This document shows, piece by piece, positions 59,265-64,000 of a stretch of DNA of 64,000 nucleotides. The notes beneath the pieces are model-generated. The model ran no database searches and was not told where the DNA came from. It worked only from the letters and a program-made list of their open reading frames with translations. The stretch is from Waterburya sp. (GTDB taxonomy: Bacteria; Cyanobacteriota; Cyanobacteriia; Cyanobacteriales; Xenococcaceae): NCBI GenBank assembly GCA_965217895.1, contig CBDCJV010000002.1:864001-928000 (forward strand), in the 5' to 3' direction. Position numbers and translations under genes: made by a program. Positions within the stretch are counted from its first letter, which is position 1. The number at the start of each line of letters is the position of its first letter.

Positions 59265-59732
59265 ACGCCTAATGTGAATTGACTTTTTGACTATCAGCTT
59301 ATAAGAAGTCCAATATTTTTTGAGAACCTAACCCAAGCAAATTAAATTTTTTATCTAGATAATTAGAAATTAGCTAATGAGTGAAATCATGGTTAATTTT
59401 TACGGAAGACGGCACTTAAAGGGGCGAATACATTCGCCCCACGTTGCCTCGGCTTTGGGGAGGGTCGTCACGTCCCCAACAGGCGAGCGACCCCTAAAGG
59501 GTTCGACAGTTTGCTTATGCCGGTGAAACCTTTCAACACTTTGCTCAACGGGTCATAGACCCGCAACGCAAGTGTCTCACCACCGCAACTGTCTCACCGC
59601 GTCGCCGTCAGGCGCAAGGGAACGCGCGAGATTGGGGTCTGGGGGAAAGTTCCCCCAGTATTACATTTCGGTTTTGACAGACAAATTTTGGATAGGAATA
59701 AAAAATCAGCTTTTTTAATTCACATTAGACGT
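59265..59732. mobile_element. MITE-like element (family B, copy 2), immediately adjacent to IS982, carrying nested GC-rich hairpin repeats
   Basis: Termini ACGCCTAATGTGAATT / AATTCACATTAGACGT; AAGTA on both flanks. Confidence 0.65.
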
Positions 59733-59749
59733 AAGTAGGAAAATTTCAC

Positions 59750-60025
59750 CTAATCTTCCCTGATCCAAAGTATTCTCAACGCCATAGTTGCAAAGCCGAT
59801 CGCAGCCAGGGATTTCAAAAGCTTTTCTGGTAAGAATTGCGCTACCGCACCACCAGCCAAAACGCCGATAAAACTGGCTAAAATCAGGGCGATAGTTGAA
59901 CCAACAAATACGGCGCGGGGGTTATTTGAACTTCCACCAAGGGCGATCGCAGCAAGCTGGCTTTTATCACCAATTTCCGCTAGAAATACTGTCACAAAGC
60001 TGATTCCAATTAGTTGCCAATCCAT
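59750..60025 (-). CDS. TMEM165/GDT1 (UPF0016) family half-size protein
   Basis: FLAEIGDKSQ motif. Confidence 0.9.
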   Translation of the reverse strand: MDWQLIGISFVTVFLAEIGDKSQLAAIALGGSSNNPRAVFVGSTIALILASFIGVLAGGAVAQFLPEKLLKSLAAIGFATMALRILWIRED

Positions 60026-60051
60026 ATTTCATTTAACATTTAACATTTAAA

Positions 60052-60426
60052 CTACAGATTAATAATGTCGCTAATTAACAAGGCGGTAATGATCAGCAAT
60101 AAGATAGCTACAGAAAAATCAAGGGTTTCGGGAGTAAGTTTTTTTGATAGCCAATAGCCAATCGAAACCCCAATCAAACTAGTCGCAATCAAAGCTAAAG
60201 CTGCACCTGTAAAAACTACCCAAGGTGCTTGAGATTCAGCACTCATTAACAGGGTAACTATTTGAGTTTTATCACCCATTTCGGCTAGAAAAATCGTGAT
60301 AAAAGTAGAGCTAAAAACCACCCAAAAGTTATTTTGTTTTTGCTGTTGAGATGCCGGTACTTTGGTAATTGTTTCTAGAGATTGGCGATCGCTATCCATT
60401 AATTTCTTCGATCCAAGTTGAGACAT
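60052..60426 (-). CDS. TMEM165/GDT1 (UPF0016) family half-size protein
   Basis: FLAEMGDKTQ motif. Confidence 0.9.
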   Translation of the reverse strand: MSQLGSKKLMDSDRQSLETITKVPASQQQKQNNFWVVFSSTFITIFLAEMGDKTQIVTLLMSAESQAPWVVFTGAALALIATSLIGVSIGYWLSKKLTPETLDFSVAILLLIITALLISDIINL

Positions 60427-60722
60427 ATCCTCAACGTCTTAATTAAATAATTAATTGAGTCTTTGCTATTGTCGCAAAGTTTGTCTGAAACTCCAACCAT
60501 TACCTAAACTAAAAAAGATGTTCCCAGCGCGATAAACTAAACGTTGGGTGATTTCTTAGAACGATAGTACCTGGTAAGGTGGGCAATAATAAGATTCAAA
60601 CAAATAACAAATTTTAAAAATACTCTTGCCCACCCTACTATTATTGGTATTTTTTTAATGGAAATGATGTTAGAACAATTAGCCTCGTCGAAGTTGTCTA
60701 TTGTTAATTATTAATTGTTTTT

Positions 60723-61658
60723 ATGCCTTTTTTTCATCAAGACGAACAGTTAGCTAAAGTTGCTCAAAATATTCTAGAAAATACTAGAGCCAAATTTCCT
60801 ACTTTAACTAGAGATAAGATTGCCATGACCTGGATTGTATATGAAGATCCTGTCATTGTTAATACAGGAGGTGCGTTATCTGCTGCGGAGTTTTGGCAAT
60901 ATGAAGTAAAAGGCTATAGCTATCGGGGAGTAGAAAGAATCTATCCTGCTAGTATAGTTAAGCTCTTTTATCTGGTAGCGATACAAGAATGGTTTAACGA
61001 GAGAATGGTAGCTGAGTCTTTAGAATTGGAAAGAGCTATACGAGATATGATTATCCTTTCAAGTAATGATGCGACTAATTTAATTGTCGATGTTTTGACA
61101 GGTACGACTAGTGGTCCAGAGTTACCATCCCAACCGTTCGCAACTTGGCAACAGCAACGCAATATAGTCAATCGCTATTTTAAATCTCTATGCTGGTCAG
61201 AATTAGAAAGTATCAACGTCAATCAAAAGACTTGGTGTGATGGTGCTTACGGTAGAGAAAGAGAATTCTTGGGAGAATTGATGGAAAATCGCAATATGCT
61301 GACTACTGATGCAGTAACTAGATTATTACACAGCATTATTGGTGGGGTTGCAGTATCAAGAGAGCGATCGCAAAAGATGATGCAGCTACTAAAGCGTAGT
61401 CTCAATCCCGCAGAGTTTATTGACAGTGATGGCGAAAATCAAATTACAGGATTTCTGGGAGAAGGTTTGCCAACCAATGCTCAAATATGGTCTAAGGGCG
61501 GTTGGACGAGTCGAATACGCCATGATACGGCATATATTGAAATTCCTAACTTATCTCCTTACTTATTAACTGTTTTTACTGAAGGCAAAGACAATGCCCA
61601 GAATAAAAATATTTTACCGTTTATTTCTCAATCTATCGTCGAGGCACTAAGCAGTTAA
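60723..61658 (+). CDS. Serine hydrolase, class A beta-lactamase-like
   Basis: YPASIVK (SxxK), SSNDAT, SKGGWTS..RHD. Confidence 0.88.
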   Translation: MPFFHQDEQLAKVAQNILENTRAKFPTLTRDKIAMTWIVYEDPVIVNTGGALSAAEFWQYEVKGYSYRGVERIYPASIVKLFYLVAIQEWFNERMVAESLELERAIRDMIILSSNDATNLIVDVLTGTTSGPELPSQPFATWQQQRNIVNRYFKSLCWSELESINVNQKTWCDGAYGREREFLGELMENRNMLTTDAVTRLLHSIIGGVAVSRERSQKMMQLLKRSLNPAEFIDSDGENQITGFLGEGLPTNAQIWSKGGWTSRIRHDTAYIEIPNLSPYLLTVFTEGKDNAQNKNILPFISQSIVEALSS

Positions 61659-61732
61659 TTTGAGTAAATTAATCTTCTTAAAATGCAATGAGAAGTCGCG
61701 AAGCTAAGAGACGACGCGCGATCGCCGTTTAG

Positions 61733-61812
61733 TGGGCGAAGAGAGACTCGAACTCTCACGATTTCTCGCCACATTTTGAGTGTGGTGCGTCTACCAATTC
61801 CGCCACTCGCCC
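61733..61812 (-). tRNA. trnL: tRNA-Leu(CAA)
   Basis: GGGCGAGTGGCGGAATTGGTAGACGCACCACA-CTCAAAA-TGTGG...GTTCGAGTCTCTCTTCGCCCA; extended variable arm; no encoded CCA. Confidence 0.93.
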
Positions 61813-61988
61813 GTGAGTGAACTTTTATCAGTATAGTCTATGTTAGGTAATTGATACAAGCTATTTTGAACAAGTAAATTTTTTGGATTCGAGATATTTC
61901 AAAGAAACGCATTTAGATAACAGAAGTCATTAAGAATTGCCAAAATAGAAAGATAGTTAATAATTATTATGAGTCATGGCGATCGCCT

Positions 61989-62741
61989 TTGCGTATGAAT
62001 CTATCTAATCAGTTTTCCAAATCTCAGCCAACCATCATTCGCCTAGAAGCAGTAGAAAAAGTTTACGGTAGTGGCAATACAGCAGTTCATGCTCTAGATA
62101 AAGTCGATCTGACTATCCATCAGGGGGAATACTGCTCGATAATGGGTGCGTCTGGTTCAGGCAAATCTACCGTGATGAATATAATTGGCTGTTTGGATCG
62201 ACCAACCGCAGGAAAATATTATTTAGACAATATAGCAGTAGCAGGATTAGCTGATGAAGATTTAGCAGAAATTCGTAACCGCAAAATCGGCTTTGTCTTT
62301 CAACAGTTTCATTTACTGCCTCAAGTTAGTGCCTTAGAAAATGTTATGTTGCCTATGGTCTATGCTGGAATACCTAGCAAACAGAGGCAGGAAAGAGCAG
62401 CCGTAGCATTAGACAAAGTTGGTTTAAGCAATAGAATTCACAATCGACCTAACCAGCTTTCTGGAGGGCAACAGCAGCGAGTTGCGATCGCTAGAGCTAT
62501 TGTTAACGAACCATTATTATTATTGGCAGATGAACCTACTGGAGCGTTAGACTCTCATACAACTAAGGAAGTATTAGCAATTTTTGGCGATCTGCATCGC
62601 AGTGGCATTACCGTCGTCATGGTTACTCACGAGTCTGAAGTAGCCAAGCTAACTGAGAGAATTGTCTGGTTTAAAGATGGTCAAATAGTTTACTCTCACC
62701 TTACCCCCGAAGAAATGATTGCTGTAGCAGTAGCTACTTAA
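61989..62741 (+). CDS. ABC transporter ATP-binding protein (LolD/MacB/DevA-like)
   Basis: [36 protein letters not shown]. Confidence 0.93.
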   Translation: MRMNLSNQFSKSQPTIIRLEAVEKVYGSGNTAVHALDKVDLTIHQGEYCSIMGASGSGKSTVMNIIGCLDRPTAGKYYLDNIAVAGLADEDLAEIRNRKIGFVFQQFHLLPQVSALENVMLPMVYAGIPSKQRQERAAVALDKVGLSNRIHNRPNQLSGGQQQRVAIARAIVNEPLLLLADEPTGALDSHTTKEVLAIFGDLHRSGITVVMVTHESEVAKLTERIVWFKDGQIVYSHLTPEEMIAVAVAT

Positions 62742-62956
62742 TCTATATATATTTGTTAACTGCCACGGCGAATTATAAACTAAAAGATCATCAAGTGCTA
62801 AGTAAAATGTAGTTTTGTATACTATTATGATTAATAGTAATCACATCACATATTGCTTTGAATGCAAAGAGTGAGAATTAATTAAGTCGGTAGACAAAGG
62901 TGGATTTCAAGAGCGAAAAGCATTTATCTGTACGTCCAGGCGTTCAGCAAGCAACA

Positions 62957-64000
62957 ATGGATTATTCTCAGCTAGAACCTACTTATTCTTTGCGCTATGA
63001 TGCCAAAGCGATAGCGTCTCAGTATCGTTGGCGACCTTTGCAAATAATCTGGCGGGCGATCGCCGTTATTTGGCTATTTGGCAATTTTGCTCTGCATCTT
63101 TGGTTAGATAAGTGGACAAATAGAGTAGAAAAGAATCGCCAAAGGCGAGCTATTGAACTGCGCCGAGTCTTAACTAAACTTGGCCCTACATACATCAAGG
63201 TAGGACAGGCTCTTTCTACCAGACCTGATTTGATTCGCAAGGATTTTTTAGATGAGTTAATTAAGCTCCAGGATCAGCTTCCAGCTTTTGATAACCGCAT
63301 TGCTTTTAATATTATTGAATCAGAGCTAGAACGCTCTATCGAAGAAGCATATCGAGAATTTTCCGCTAACCCCGTAGCTGCTGCCAGCTTGGGTCAAGTA
63401 TATAAGGCGGTGCTGCATACTGGCGAAGATGTGGCTGTAAAAGTTCAACGTCCCAATTTACGTCCCACACTCAATCTCGATCTTTATTTGATGAGACGTT
63501 TAGCAGTTTGGGTAGAACCTTGGCTACCGTTGAACCTGGGTCATGACTTGGCTCTAATTGTTGATGAATTTGGGATGAAACTATTTGAAGAAATAGATTA
63601 TTATCACGAGGCAAGAAACGCCGAACAGTTCGCTCTCAATTTCGCTGGCGATCCTGATGTTAAGGTGCCAGTTATTTATAACCAGTTTAGTAGCGAAAAA
63701 GTCTTAACCTTAGAGTGGATTGATGGCATTAAGCTAACCGACTTAGATAAATTAGCAGCAGCAGGTTTGGATGCAGACAATCTGATTAAAATTGGTGTAA
63801 CTTCAGGCTTGCGTCAGCTATTAGAATATGGCTTTTTCCACGCCGATCCTCATCCTGGTAATCTCTTTGCTACCCTTGATGGTCGCATGGCTTATATTGA
63901 CTTTGGCATGATGGATCAGCTAAGTGAGTCGATGAAAGAAACTATAGCCAGTGCTGTAGTGCAGCTAATTAATCGTGACTATCAAAGTTTGGCAAGAGAT
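62957..64000 (+). CDS. ABC1/UbiB (AarF) family atypical kinase, runs off the window end
   Basis: Manual translation MDYSQLEP...LGPTYIKVGQALSTRPDL...LQDQLP...AAASLGQVY...VAVKVQRP...FFHADPHPGN...DFGM; alternative in-frame GTG at 62900. Confidence 0.92.
   Translation, partial: MDYSQLEPTYSLRYDAKAIASQYRWRPLQIIWRAIAVIWLFGNFALHLWLDKWTNRVEKNRQRRAIELRRVLTKLGPTYIKVGQALSTRPDLIRKDFLDELIKLQDQLPAFDNRIAFNIIESELERSIEEAYREFSANPVAAASLGQVYKAVLHTGEDVAVKVQRPNLRPTLNLDLYLMRRLAVWVEPWLPLNLGHDLALIVDEFGMKLFEEIDYYHEARNAEQFALNFAGDPDVKVPVIYNQFSSEKVLTLEWIDGIKLTDLDKLAAAGLDADNLIKIGVTSGLRQLLEYGFFHADPHPGNLFATLDGRMAYIDFGMMDQLSESMKETIASAVVQLINRDYQSLARD

Larger units (their letters stand above)
1..64000. repeat. HIP1 octamer GCGATCGC and short tandem heptamer repeats dispersed throughout
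   Basis: Many GCGATCGC copies; intergenic heptamer arrays such as TGCTACT (~26891), AAAGCTA (~27054), CTTATAG (~29125), TGACCTC (~46526), GCAGAAG (~53346), TTTAACA (~60031). Confidence 0.9.

Noticed and set aside
60430..60720. Mn-sensing (yybP-ykoY) riboswitch upstream of the TMEM165 pair
   Set aside because: No recognisable consensus; only a common GGTGGGCA...TGCCCACC inverted repeat
61733..61812. tRNA as prophage or island integration site
   Set aside because: No integrase and no duplicated tRNA 3' end seen in the window

Overview
AT-rich cyanobacterial chromosomal window: abundant HIP1 octamers (GCGATCGC), psbI, petN, and heptamer tandem repeats between genes. Most of it is housekeeping or common accessory DNA (cobA-hemD fusion, purN, rpmB, patD-relA/spoT, proA, C-terminal protease, gcvT, SUI1, tRNA-Leu(CAA), porin, rhomboids, regulators). 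It also holds two decayed IS elements (IS630, IS982) and several families of MITE-like and very small hairpin repeats. The standout is a ribosomal-peptide locus at about 33.9-44.6 kb. One arm encodes a PPIase-like protein, a receiver-HlyD fusion, a C39-peptidase ABC exporter and a transposase-like HTH protein. The divergent arm encodes a double-glycine precursor with a (GGSKGSK)n + Cys/Pro core, an APH-type kinase, a HopA1-family protein and a 2OG-Fe(II) oxygenase. The kinase/HopA1 pair resembles class V lanthipeptide machinery. However, the HopA1 protein appears to have lost its conserved basic residues, and the core carries the GSKGSK/KxxK motif of diatom silaffin R5. This suggests, as a hypothesis only, a secreted, phosphorylated, possibly mineral-binding peptide rather than a conventional lanthipeptide. 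All calls rest on motif recognition by eye; no searches were run.
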